64,000 bases of DNA from Eshraghiella crossota (GTDB lineage Bacteria > Bacillota > Clostridia > Christensenellales > CAG-917). Of this stretch, positions 45,766 through 55,135 are shown in pieces. Under the pieces are notes generated by a model. The model was given only the letters and a program-made list of their open reading frames with translations, was not told where the DNA came from and did no database searches. Each line of letters starts with the position of its first letter. Positions within the stretch are counted from its first letter, which is position 1. Made by a program: the position numbers and the translations under genes. The stretch lies in assembly GCA_963590075.1 (NCBI GenBank), contig CAVANK010000008.1, forward strand, positions 390 to 64,389, read 5' to 3'.

Positions 45766-47676
45766 GTGAAGATAAAGGATATAGGCGGGTTTAAAAGAGC
45801 AGGAGATTATATCGGTTACAAACTCGACGCTCTTGAGTCATCGGATAAATCGATGGCGTCTTTATATGAATTGATGTTCTCCGAAAGAGAGAACGTTATG
45901 TTTGAGCAATCCGACGGTTTCAGAATTAAAAAAACGTCTTACGGAGAAGTTTTTGACTGTGTCGAGGCGATTTGCGCCGATTTACAAAGAAAAATAAACG
46001 CTGAAAATCAATCCGTAGTGGGAATATATATGGACAATTCACCGCAATGGATTGTTGCTTTTTGGGCAGTGTTGCATTGCGGATTTAAACCGCTTCTTTT
46101 GAATTTGAGAATGTCGGACGCAACTATAGAACGAGTTATTGCGCAAAACAACGTTTGCGCGGTGGTTTCGGACGGCAAGATATTTTCTGTAAATACAATC
46201 GTTTTCGACAGTGTGAAAAAGAGCGAAACGTCACTTGAAAAATGCGAGTTCGGTCGGGAATTTTTCGTGATGTCGTCGGGTACGTCGTCGGTAAAACTCT
46301 GCGCTTATTCCGCCGACGAACTTGTGCAAATAATAAGGGATAGTTCCGATCTGTTGAAGCGCAATTCCATTCCGAAACGTCATTATAACGGCAACATCAA
46401 GTTGCTGACATTTTTGCCGTTTTATCATATTTTCGGCTTTATTGCGGTATATCTTTGGTTTTCGTTTTTCGCGCGCACTTTCGTGTGTCTGCGCGATTAC
46501 GGTCCTCAAACAATAGTAAACACGATAAAAAAACACAAAGTCACGCATATATTCGCAGTGCCTATGCTTTGGGATAAGGTTTACGAGCAAGCGATTGCGA
46601 CGATAAAGTCGCGCGGACTCGAAGCTAAGTTCGATAAGGCACTCAAAATCTCAAATAAGCTCGGCAATTCATTGCCGGGAAAGGCGTTTGCTTCGCTTGC
46701 ATTCAAAGAAGTCAGAGAAAAAACGTTTGGAGAAAGCGTGCGTTTTTTGGTAACGGGCGGAAGCGTTATTCGCCCTCAGGTTATCGGATTTTTTAACGGT
46801 ATAGGCTATCACCTTGCCAACGGTTACGGAATGTCCGAAGTCGGAATAACTTCCGTCGAACTTTCAAACAGCAGAAAGAAACTTAACTCCTGTTCTATCG
46901 GGAAACCGTTGCCGTCCATCGAATACAGAATTGACGAAAACGGCGTTTTGGAGGTAAGAGGAAAGTCGTTGGCAAAGTACATCTGCGAAAACGGCGAAAA
47001 GAGATACACGAACGGCGACTGGTTCAATACTCGCGATTTGTGCCAAAAGAAAGGCGATTGCTATTATATTAACGGTCGCGAGGACGACTTGATCGTGTCC
47101 GTGAGCGGCGAAAACATCAATCCCGTTGCGGTGGAAGAAGTCTTGTTGCCGAAAAATGCCAACGTCGTGTGCCTTATAGCGGGCAAAGACGACGAGTTGC
47201 CGGTGCTTTTGACATCGGTGCCAAAAGGGCTGAGCAGAGAAGAATCGGAAGCGGTAGTCAAAGAAATACGAGAACGCATAGAGGAAAACAATCTGTCTGC
47301 TCAAATCGGAAAAGTCTACCTGACTTGCGACGAACTGATTGTGGGAAACGAATTCAAACTCAACAGAAAAAGACTGAAAAAGGATTATTCGGAAGGTAAG
47401 ATTTCGCAAATAGAGTTCAAAAACAATGACGTTTGCGAAAATCACGATGAGTTGACGGAGAAAATAAGAGGTTATTTCGCCACCGCGCTCGGAAAAGCGG
47501 ACGAACAAGTCGGATATGAAACGAATTTCTTTTTGGACGAAGGCGGAACAAGTCTTGATTATTTTGCGCTTATTGCAAAATTGCAACAGGATTTCCGTAT
47601 GGATTTCCCGATGTCCGTAGACGAGAATCTTACAACCGTTGCCGATATGGTCAAATACATAAGGGAAAGAATATGA
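45766..47676 (+). CDS. Adenylate-forming (ANL) enzyme fused to a C-terminal carrier-protein domain
   Basis: 636 aa with a GTG start after a GGAGAG RBS. ANL motifs GYGMSEVG, GDWFNTRD and GREDDLIVSVSGENINP. The C-terminus has a carrier-protein Ser motif (FFLDEGGTSLDYFALI). The phosphate-binding loop is atypical (SSGTSSVKL). Confidence 0.75.
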   Translation: MKIKDIGGFKRAGDYIGYKLDALESSDKSMASLYELMFSERENVMFEQSDGFRIKKTSYGEVFDCVEAICADLQRKINAENQSVVGIYMDNSPQWIVAFWAVLHCGFKPLLLNLRMSDATIERVIAQNNVCAVVSDGKIFSVNTIVFDSVKKSETSLEKCEFGREFFVMSSGTSSVKLCAYSADELVQIIRDSSDLLKRNSIPKRHYNGNIKLLTFLPFYHIFGFIAVYLWFSFFARTFVCLRDYGPQTIVNTIKKHKVTHIFAVPMLWDKVYEQAIATIKSRGLEAKFDKALKISNKLGNSLPGKAFASLAFKEVREKTFGESVRFLVTGGSVIRPQVIGFFNGIGYHLANGYGMSEVGITSVELSNSRKKLNSCSIGKPLPSIEYRIDENGVLEVRGKSLAKYICENGEKRYTNGDWFNTRDLCQKKGDCYYINGREDDLIVSVSGENINPVAVEEVLLPKNANVVCLIAGKDDELPVLLTSVPKGLSREESEAVVKEIRERIEENNLSAQIGKVYLTCDELIVGNEFKLNRKRLKKDYSEGKISQIEFKNNDVCENHDELTEKIRGYFATALGKADEQVGYETNFFLDEGGTSLDYFALIAKLQQDFRMDFPMSVDENLTTVADMVKYIRERI

Positions 47677-48317
47677 TTTGGTTTTTTCAGGCATTTGCAA
47701 AAATCACGGGTTGGCCGCTTCAAAAACTCATATTCAGGACGAAAGTTTTGTATGAGGACAAAAGCGTGCAGTCAAGGCGCATAAAAGGCTCGGCGATTCT
47801 CGTGTCCAATCATACCTCGATTTACGACTATATCGTGATAATGTTCACGTTTATATCGCGCATTTTGAGATATCAGATGGCGGAGTTGCTTTTTGACAAA
47901 AAAGGACTCGGCGGGCTTTTGAAAAGGTTGGGCGGAATAAAGGTGAATCGCAACGCGCACGACTACGGATTTATAGAACGATCCAAAGACGTGTTGGACA
48001 AAGGCGGTGTGGTCGGGATTTTTCCGGAAGGCAGACTGCCGAAAGACGGGGAAGTGCCTCCGATTGAATTTAAACCGGGTGCGGCGTATCTTGCGCTTTA
48101 CTCCGACGTCAAAATAATCCCGACATACCTTAGCGGCGGTTATTTCGGGAAAAAGCGTGCAAAAATCGTTATCGGCAAGCCCATAGACGTAAACGAACTT
48201 TACGACTCGAGCAAAAGCGAAAAAGAAAATTTGGAAGACATATCAAATCGATTGAGGGAGAAAGTAATCGAATTGGGAACGTTGATCGATGAAAAACAAA
48301 AGAGAAAACAAGCCTGA
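47673..48317 (+). CDS. PlsC-family (lysophospholipid/glycerol-3-phosphate type) acyltransferase
   Basis: HX4D motif NHTSIYD and a downstream FPEGR motif. ATGA overlap with the preceding gene. Confidence 0.8.
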   Translation: MIWFFQAFAKITGWPLQKLIFRTKVLYEDKSVQSRRIKGSAILVSNHTSIYDYIVIMFTFISRILRYQMAELLFDKKGLGGLLKRLGGIKVNRNAHDYGFIERSKDVLDKGGVVGIFPEGRLPKDGEVPPIEFKPGAAYLALYSDVKIIPTYLSGGYFGKKRAKIVIGKPIDVNELYDSSKSEKENLEDISNRLREKVIELGTLIDEKQKRKQA

Positions 48318-48990
48318 AAAGAAGAAAGAAAGGCACTTTTTATACGACATCGTATGGGGAACCGGATATGCTCTCGGATGTATCGGTTTCAGACAAAAAG
48401 TGCTGTATATCAGCCCGAAAGCAAAAGAAAAGATAAAAGGCGGTGCGTTGCTCGTGGCAAATCACGTGAGTTTTTTCGATCCCGTGTATATGCTTATGAC
48501 GGTGCCGTACAGACGTCAACACTTTGTCGCGACGAAAGAGTTTTTCTCTACAAAGTTCAAAAGATTTTTGTTTGAGAAAGTCTTTTTGTGCATAAGCATC
48601 GACAGGGACAACGTCGGAACGGCGACTTTCCGCACGATAGTGAACGAGCTGAAACAAGGCGAAATCGTTTCTCTGTTTCCGGAAGGACATATAAACACAA
48701 AAACCGACGGAAGTCTTGACGAGTTCAAGTCGGGCGTGGTGTTGATGGCGTTAAAAAGCAATTGTCCCATAATTCCGATGTACGTGCATGGGCGCAAGAA
48801 CATATTCCACCGCTTGGTAACCGTCGTCGGAGAACCGTACGAAGTGTCTTTGCAAAAAGCGAACGGATCGGTTATCGAATATATGCAGGACGCCGCAAAG
48901 GAAATCAGAGAAAAGGAAATCGAGCTTGAACGATACTACAACGAGTATTGCGAAAATAAACATAAAAAATCACACAGAGGAGATAAGTGA
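48289..48990 (+). CDS. Second PlsC-family acyltransferase
   Basis: HX4D motif NHVSFFD and the FPEGH motif. Overlaps the preceding gene by 29 nt. Only one possible start codon. Confidence 0.75.
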   Translation: MKNKRENKPEKKKERHFLYDIVWGTGYALGCIGFRQKVLYISPKAKEKIKGGALLVANHVSFFDPVYMLMTVPYRRQHFVATKEFFSTKFKRFLFEKVFLCISIDRDNVGTATFRTIVNELKQGEIVSLFPEGHINTKTDGSLDEFKSGVVLMALKSNCPIIPMYVHGRKNIFHRLVTVVGEPYEVSLQKANGSVIEYMQDAAKEIREKEIELERYYNEYCENKHKKSHRGDK

Positions 48991-50507
48991 TGTACACAAA
49001 CACAAGAGAGTATTTTGCTCAATTTACCGACTCGGAAACTTTTAGCAGATTGGTCGAATATCCCGACGTCGTTACGATGTGGAACGAGCGTTCCGGAGAG
49101 TTTGCCGACAGTGTTGCCGTTATAGACGACGCAAAAAGTTATACCTTCGCACAAATTGACGACGATATCGCTTTGTTCAGAACGGTGCTGAAGAATAACG
49201 GATTGAAAAAGGGCGACAGAGTGGGCGTTTTTGCAAAAAACTCCTATGACTTTGTAAAACTTTATCTTGCCGCGGTGACATCCGGTCTTACGGCGGCGGT
49301 ATTGCCCGCTCAATTGAACGATATGGCAATATTCGGATGTTCGATGCAGTTTGGTCTTAAGGCGATTTTGACGCAAGACTCTCTGCTTGCCACGACAGAG
49401 TTTGCGCGCGAAAAGAATCCCGCTTTGAAAGTGATTTCCGCAAGTCAGACGGCAGACGAAAAAACTCCGTCAACCGCCGTGGACGGGACGGATATATGCG
49501 TGATTATGTTTACCGGCGGTACGACGGGAAAGAGCAAGGGCGTAAAACTTTCTCATTGCGCGGTCATGCAAGGAACGATAAACGGTTGCTACGGAATAAA
49601 AGACGTATTCGGTCAAAAATATTTGCTCGTTTTGCCTCTTTCTCACGTTTTCGGCCTTATCAGAAACCTTATGTCTTCGTTGTATTCCGGCAGTTGTCTT
49701 TGCATTTGCCGCAACAACAAGGATATGTTTAGGGATATTGCGATTTACAAGCCGACCGTATTGGTTGCAGTGCCCGCTCTTGCGGAAATGGCACTCGGAC
49801 TTTCTCGTCAATTCGGCAAGAATATGCTCGGTCCCGATCTCAAGACAATTATTTGCGGAGCGGCAACCGTTGCGCCGTATCTCGTTGCGGAATACAGAAA
49901 GATAGGCATTACTTTGTACCCCGGATACGGACTTACGGAATCCGCAAATCTTGTGACTGGCAACGTTGACAACTTCAACAAACCGTCGTCTATCGGCGTG
50001 CCTTATCCCAATCAGGAACTCAGAATCGTTGACGGCGAACTTTGGCTCAAGGGCAAAAATATGATGGACGGTTATACGGATGAAGAAGCCAATAAAACCG
50101 CGTACGAGGACGGTTGGTTCAAAACGGGCGACCTCGTCAAGACCGATGCGGACGGCTTCTATTATGTCGTAGGAAGAATAAAAGAAGTCATCGTGTTGGC
50201 AAACGGCGAAAACGTTTCTCCTGCGGAAGTCGAGTGTAGTTTCAACGAGTTGGACTTTGTACAGGATTCGCAATTGTTCGAGGACGTGGACGAAAACGGC
50301 AATCACTATCTCTCGCTCGAAATCGTGCCGAGAGCCGCGGTTGTAAAAAATATAGATGCCGAGGACAAGAACGCGTATATGATGAGCGCGCTTGAAAAGG
50401 TCAATATGTCTTTGCCGGGACATTGCAGAGCAAACAAGATCGTGATCAGAGACAAAGACTTTGACAGAACGCCGAGTATGAAAATAGCGAGATACAAAAA
50501 ATGTTGA
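48987..50507 (+). CDS. AMP-dependent synthetase/ligase (fatty acyl-AMP/ACP/CoA ligase type)
   Basis: Canonical ANL motifs FTGGTTGKSKG, GYGLTES, WFKTGD and GRIKEVIVLANGENVSP. ATGA overlap with the preceding gene. Confidence 0.85.
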   Translation: MMYTNTREYFAQFTDSETFSRLVEYPDVVTMWNERSGEFADSVAVIDDAKSYTFAQIDDDIALFRTVLKNNGLKKGDRVGVFAKNSYDFVKLYLAAVTSGLTAAVLPAQLNDMAIFGCSMQFGLKAILTQDSLLATTEFAREKNPALKVISASQTADEKTPSTAVDGTDICVIMFTGGTTGKSKGVKLSHCAVMQGTINGCYGIKDVFGQKYLLVLPLSHVFGLIRNLMSSLYSGSCLCICRNNKDMFRDIAIYKPTVLVAVPALAEMALGLSRQFGKNMLGPDLKTIICGAATVAPYLVAEYRKIGITLYPGYGLTESANLVTGNVDNFNKPSSIGVPYPNQELRIVDGELWLKGKNMMDGYTDEEANKTAYEDGWFKTGDLVKTDADGFYYVVGRIKEVIVLANGENVSPAEVECSFNELDFVQDSQLFEDVDENGNHYLSLEIVPRAAVVKNIDAEDKNAYMMSALEKVNMSLPGHCRANKIVIRDKDFDRTPSMKIARYKKC

Positions 50508-50749
50508 CTAAAGAAGAAATTTTTGAAAAATTGAGAAGTATTCTTATCGGAATGGACGATAGGAACAGAGAACTTATCGCAAATGCGACCGAGGATACCA
50601 AGTTGATAACGGAACTCGGCCTTTCATCCGTAAGTATGCTTTATCTGGTTATCGCAATCGAAGAAACTTTCGATATCGAGTTCGATACCGAATTTCCGTT
50701 TGCTACCGTGGGCGAAGTCGTGGATTATATCCAGAGTAAAATAAAATGA
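50501..50749 (+). CDS. Acyl carrier protein
   Basis: 82 aa, acidic. Ser attachment region ELGLSSVSMLYLVIAIEETF. Overlaps the stop of the ligase gene. Confidence 0.75.
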   Translation: MLTKEEIFEKLRSILIGMDDRNRELIANATEDTKLITELGLSSVSMLYLVIAIEETFDIEFDTEFPFATVGEVVDYIQSKIK

Positions 50750-51738
50750 AATGGACGCTTGACGATTGCGAGTTTGGCGATGTCGTGAGAGTGAAGTGCG
50801 ACAGCGTATACCATTACGGGATATTCGTTTCGCAAGACGAAGTGATTCAGTTCGGATATCCGCCGACATACTATGTGAACGAGCATAAAAACGAACCTAT
50901 AACCGTCAACAGAGTCGGCGTTTACGATTTTATCGGCGACGGAATGATAGAAAAAGGCGTTTTCGAAAGAGGCGAGAAGCATTTTCCGAGAGAAGAAATC
51001 GTCGCGCGTGCGTCGAAGAGAATAGGCGAGGGCGGATACAACATACTTCACAACAATTGCGAGCATTTCGTGTATGAGTGCGCTTTGGGAGTGAAACGCA
51101 GTCTTCAGGAAGAAGAGTTGTGCAAAAAGTGGAAGAACAGACCTGTTTTCGACGTGTACGTAGCCTTTGACGTCGACGCGTTGACAAAAGGCGAGATTGT
51201 CGACGCAAAGAGAAGAAAGGATATTTGCGAAACCCAAAACCAAAGAGTGAAAGAGGAAAAAATCGCAGTGTGGAATCTGCTTGCAATCGCCGCTCGCAAC
51301 TCGTTGGCTATCGATATCGACAACGTAAAATTCGACAAACAAAAAAGCGGGAAATGGACGAGCGATGAGTTTGCTTTTTCGCTGTCGCATACGGATGGTT
51401 GCGTTGCCGTCGCGGTGTCGAGGGACGATTGCGGAATCGACGTCGAAAAGTTGTCGAATTTTTTGCAAAAGTGCAAAGATAAGTCGTTTGAAACCGCTTT
51501 TGCCGAAAAAATCGGCGTGAGCGCAACAGGGGAAGAGTTGCTTTGTCAATGGACAAGAAAAGAAAGCGTTTACAAGGCAACGGGCATCGGCCGTTTTATA
51601 CCAAAGGACACGGATGGCAAAAAGTATGGCGTAAAAACCGTAAAAATTGCCGATTATATCGTGAGTGCGGTTTCCGTCAAGAGCGAAAATCCAAACATCT
51701 ATGCGGTTGAAAACGGCAAGTGCAGAATTATGTTTTAA
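50746..51738 (+). CDS. LRAT/NlpC-P60-like acyltransferase domain fused to an Sfp-type 4'-phosphopantetheinyl transferase
   Basis: N-terminus: YHYGIFV His box and NNCEHFVYEC Cys box (LRAT family). C-terminus: FSLSHTDG, GIDVEKL and WTRKESVYKATG (PPTase motifs). ATGA overlap with the ACP gene. Confidence 0.7.
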   Translation: MKWTLDDCEFGDVVRVKCDSVYHYGIFVSQDEVIQFGYPPTYYVNEHKNEPITVNRVGVYDFIGDGMIEKGVFERGEKHFPREEIVARASKRIGEGGYNILHNNCEHFVYECALGVKRSLQEEELCKKWKNRPVFDVYVAFDVDALTKGEIVDAKRRKDICETQNQRVKEEKIAVWNLLAIAARNSLAIDIDNVKFDKQKSGKWTSDEFAFSLSHTDGCVAVAVSRDDCGIDVEKLSNFLQKCKDKSFETAFAEKIGVSATGEELLCQWTRKESVYKATGIGRFIPKDTDGKKYGVKTVKIADYIVSAVSVKSENPNIYAVENGKCRIMF

Positions 51739-51749
51739 GGAGGGGACAG

Positions 51750-52712
51750 ATGCATTTGGCATTGCAGATAGCGTTATACGTTTTGGTTGCGCTCGTAGGT
51801 AGTTTTTTGCTGTCTTACGTTGCGGTAAACGTTGCGCTGTTCGTAAAGTTTTTCCGGAAAGTGCCTTCCGAAAAATTGAGGAAGAATGCGTTGAAAGACG
51901 AATACTACGACGGATTGAGAGAGAAAATGCTTGCCGCAAGCGAAAGAATGGATAATATGCCCAACACGCGTATAACTTGCACGTCCGAGGACGGATTGAA
52001 ACTTTCGGCAAGATATTACAAAAACGAATCGGACAAGTTGATCGTGTTCTTCCACGGCGTACACGCAGTTGCTTGGAACGGACTTGCTTTTGTCGCCGAA
52101 ACGTTTTGGCAACAGAAGTACAACGTGATGATTGTCGATCAACGCGCTCACGGTCAAAGCGAAGGTATGTATTCCACGTACGGATATCGCGAAAGCGACG
52201 ACGTGCTCTGCTGGCTCGATAGGCTTGCAGATATGAAATTGAGCGAGATAGTCCTGTACGGAATATCTATGGGCGCGACTGCGCTCGGACTTGCGTCGGA
52301 CAGAATAAAAGACGACAGAGTGAAAGCGCTGATTATGGATTGCGGGTTTACGTCGCTCTATGATTTGGAAAAGCACATTCTCAACTACAATCACATTCCC
52401 GACTTCCTTATGAGCGGAATGATTGTCGCGGGGAACGCGATTTTCAAAATCGACAACAAGGAATGCACGCAGGAGCATATAAAAAATTCCGATATTCCGA
52501 TGTTGTTCTTGCACGGCACGGCGGACAGAGTCGTCCCGATAGAGTGCAGCAAAAACAATCTCGACGCATGTAAGTCTATGAAAGAAATGATAACCGTAGA
52601 CGGCGCGGGACACACAACGGCAACCGTTGTGGGAGGAGGAGAAGTCAGAGAGAAAATCTGTGATTTTATAAACAAAACATACAAAACAAAAGAGGAGAAT
52701 TGCAATGGATAA
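51750..52712 (+). CDS. Membrane-anchored alpha/beta hydrolase
   Basis: ATG 51750 after an AGGAGG RBS. N-terminal TM helix, GISMG nucleophile elbow, late D and H (GTADRVV...GAGHT). Confidence 0.75.
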   Translation: MHLALQIALYVLVALVGSFLLSYVAVNVALFVKFFRKVPSEKLRKNALKDEYYDGLREKMLAASERMDNMPNTRITCTSEDGLKLSARYYKNESDKLIVFFHGVHAVAWNGLAFVAETFWQQKYNVMIVDQRAHGQSEGMYSTYGYRESDDVLCWLDRLADMKLSEIVLYGISMGATALGLASDRIKDDRVKALIMDCGFTSLYDLEKHILNYNHIPDFLMSGMIVAGNAIFKIDNKECTQEHIKNSDIPMLFLHGTADRVVPIECSKNNLDACKSMKEMITVDGAGHTTATVVGGGEVREKICDFINKTYKTKEENCNG

Positions 52713-53640
52713 AAAATTTGTAATCATACCGGACGTTACTTGCGATTTGAGCGAAGAATTGCGCGACAAGTATGATATCCGGTTTATCAACGGATATTAC
52801 TCGACGCCGGACGGCAAAGAACATCCGTCTTTTCTGAAGTGGGAGGGTATGACTTCAGAACAATTTTATAAAGAACTGAAAGCCGATCCGAACGGATTTA
52901 AGACGGCACCTCCGAACATTCAGGAATGGCACGACGTATTTGAGCAATACATAAAAGAAGGCTACGACGTTTTGGGCATGACCATTTCTTCGGGTATTTC
53001 GGGAACTTTCGCGTTTATGAGCGAGGCGGCAAAGCAAATAAGGGAAGAGTATCCCGACGCAAAAGTGCGCTGTGTCGACTCGATGAGATTCAGTTCCGGT
53101 TGCGGATTGATGGCAATTTACGCGTCTATCCTCAGAGAACAAGGCAAAACCATCGACGAGGTTGCGGATTGGTTGGAAGAAAACAAAAACAGATTCCATC
53201 AATCGGGATGGCTTGACGATTTGTCGTTTGTCGCAAAGAAAGGCAGACTTACGCAGGCAAAAGCATTCTTCGGCACGCTCGCGGGCGTCAAACCTATCGG
53301 TGAATTTGACTATAACGGACTTACTACCGTCATAGGAAAGGCAAAAGGCGAAAAACAAGCGTATAAAGTGCTTGTCAGATACATCGAAGAAACGATAGAA
53401 AATCCGCACGACCAGATTATTCTTTTGGCAACGTCCGATAGAAAAAAACAAGCGGAAGTCTATAAAAAGATGATAGAGGACAATATTTGTCCCAAGGAAG
53501 TTATCATCAACGGTGTTTTCCCGTCTTGCGGAATCAACGTCGGTCCCGGTCTTATGGCCGCATACTATGTCGGCAAACCGATTTCCAAAGGCGTGGTAGA
53601 AGAAAAAGAAATTATGTCAAGATTGCTTCAAGAAAAATAA
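52705..53640 (+). CDS. DegV family fatty-acid-binding protein (FakB-like)
   Basis: ISSGISGTF and LSFVAKKGRL DegV signatures. 8-nt overlap with the preceding gene. Confidence 0.85.
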   Translation: MDKKFVIIPDVTCDLSEELRDKYDIRFINGYYSTPDGKEHPSFLKWEGMTSEQFYKELKADPNGFKTAPPNIQEWHDVFEQYIKEGYDVLGMTISSGISGTFAFMSEAAKQIREEYPDAKVRCVDSMRFSSGCGLMAIYASILREQGKTIDEVADWLEENKNRFHQSGWLDDLSFVAKKGRLTQAKAFFGTLAGVKPIGEFDYNGLTTVIGKAKGEKQAYKVLVRYIEETIENPHDQIILLATSDRKKQAEVYKKMIEDNICPKEVIINGVFPSCGINVGPGLMAAYYVGKPISKGVVEEKEIMSRLLQEK

Positions 53641-53668
53641 AGCGATTCGAAACAAAAGAGGATAATTT

Positions 53669-55135
53669 ATGAAAGTGCTTAAAAACAAGGGATTGATGGT
53701 TCTTTACGGATGCTCCGCAATGGGCGTCAATCTGCTTAACTTAATGATGGGTTCTTATCTGTGCAGCGCATTGCTTGTCGGCGGTTTCGGCGCAGAGGCT
53801 ATACCGTATCAGACATTCGAAGGCAAGGACCTCGTCGTGGCGGCGGCGTGGGCGGTATTCGTCGTAATTGCAAAGATTATCGACGGCGTTATCGATATTC
53901 CTATGGCTACGCTTACGGACAATTTGAAATCGAAATGGGGAAGAAGACGCCCCACGATTCTCATAGGATTGATCGTACTTATCGCATCCTTCCTGCTCTT
54001 TGCGTTGTATACGCCGCAAAACGGCGAAACGTGGCTCAACACCGTGTATTACGGAATAGTGTTGTGCGTTTTCTATAGTTCATATACATTGACTATGGTG
54101 AGTTATTACGCCACGTTTACGGAAATCGTAGACAATGAACAGGACAGAAACTTTATTTCAAACGTAAAATCTGTTTGCGATATAGTTTATTTCATCATAG
54201 GATACGTCGTTGTCGGCTTTATACTCAAAGGCTTGAATATCAGAATGGTTTCTTTGATAATATTGCCGTTGGTGTTGCTTATGCTCATCCCGATGTTCCT
54301 CATAAAAGAGCCGTCGACGCTGAATACTCAAAGATCTGCAGAGAAGCAAGTAAACATCTTCAAATCTCTCGCATACACATTCCGAAACAAGGATTTCATC
54401 TGCTGGATGGTCGTTTATTTCTTCCTGACCTTTGGCGTGCAACTGTTCCTTGGCGGTATAAACGAGTACTTCTCATATAGAAATATGAGTATGATGTACG
54501 TTATGGCGGCGTCGTTTGCGCCCGTTCCTCTGACATTGATTCTTTACAATTGGATAATCAAAAAGAGAGGATTTAGGTTTGCCATACAGTACGTTTTGCT
54601 TATCTTTGCGGTGGCAATGCTTATGCTTTTCGGAATATCGTACATCAAAGACGATACGACAAGAACGGTATTGTCTGTGGTCGGAGGTCTTGCAAGTTCC
54701 TTTGCGGTGGGAGCAATTTTCTCGGTGGCGTATTCTATTCCGTCACAACTTGCAGCCGATGACGAGCAAAGAACGGGTATTTCTCATTCGGCTATGTATT
54801 TTGCCGTTCAGGGACTGTTTTCAGGCGTTGCCAGCGGTCTTGCGACGGGAGTGGTGTTGACTGCTTTGAAAAAGACGGACGGCGCGATAACTTACATGAC
54901 GATTATTTCCGCAATTGCGTGCGTAATTGCGTTTACCTTTACCTATATACTACCGCAATCGATAGTTAAACTCGGAAGGGTGGAAAAAGTGCCCGCAGTA
55001 CAACCTTCGGAAGCAACGAGCGATGCCGACACCGCCGAAAATTTATCGGAAGAGGGTGTGTTGAGCGTTGCAAGCGCAGACGTGCAAATCTCCGAAGACG
55101 AAAATACGACAAACAATATACAAGACTATGAGTGA
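53669..55135 (+). CDS. GPH/MFS-family transporter
   Basis: About 12 TM segments. GPH-type loop motif DGVIDIPMATLTDNLKSKWGRRRP. Acidic C-terminal tail. Confidence 0.75.
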   Translation: MKVLKNKGLMVLYGCSAMGVNLLNLMMGSYLCSALLVGGFGAEAIPYQTFEGKDLVVAAAWAVFVVIAKIIDGVIDIPMATLTDNLKSKWGRRRPTILIGLIVLIASFLLFALYTPQNGETWLNTVYYGIVLCVFYSSYTLTMVSYYATFTEIVDNEQDRNFISNVKSVCDIVYFIIGYVVVGFILKGLNIRMVSLIILPLVLLMLIPMFLIKEPSTLNTQRSAEKQVNIFKSLAYTFRNKDFICWMVVYFFLTFGVQLFLGGINEYFSYRNMSMMYVMAASFAPVPLTLILYNWIIKKRGFRFAIQYVLLIFAVAMLMLFGISYIKDDTTRTVLSVVGGLASSFAVGAIFSVAYSIPSQLAADDEQRTGISHSAMYFAVQGLFSGVASGLATGVVLTALKKTDGAITYMTIISAIACVIAFTFTYILPQSIVKLGRVEKVPAVQPSEATSDADTAENLSEEGVLSVASADVQISEDENTTNNIQDYE

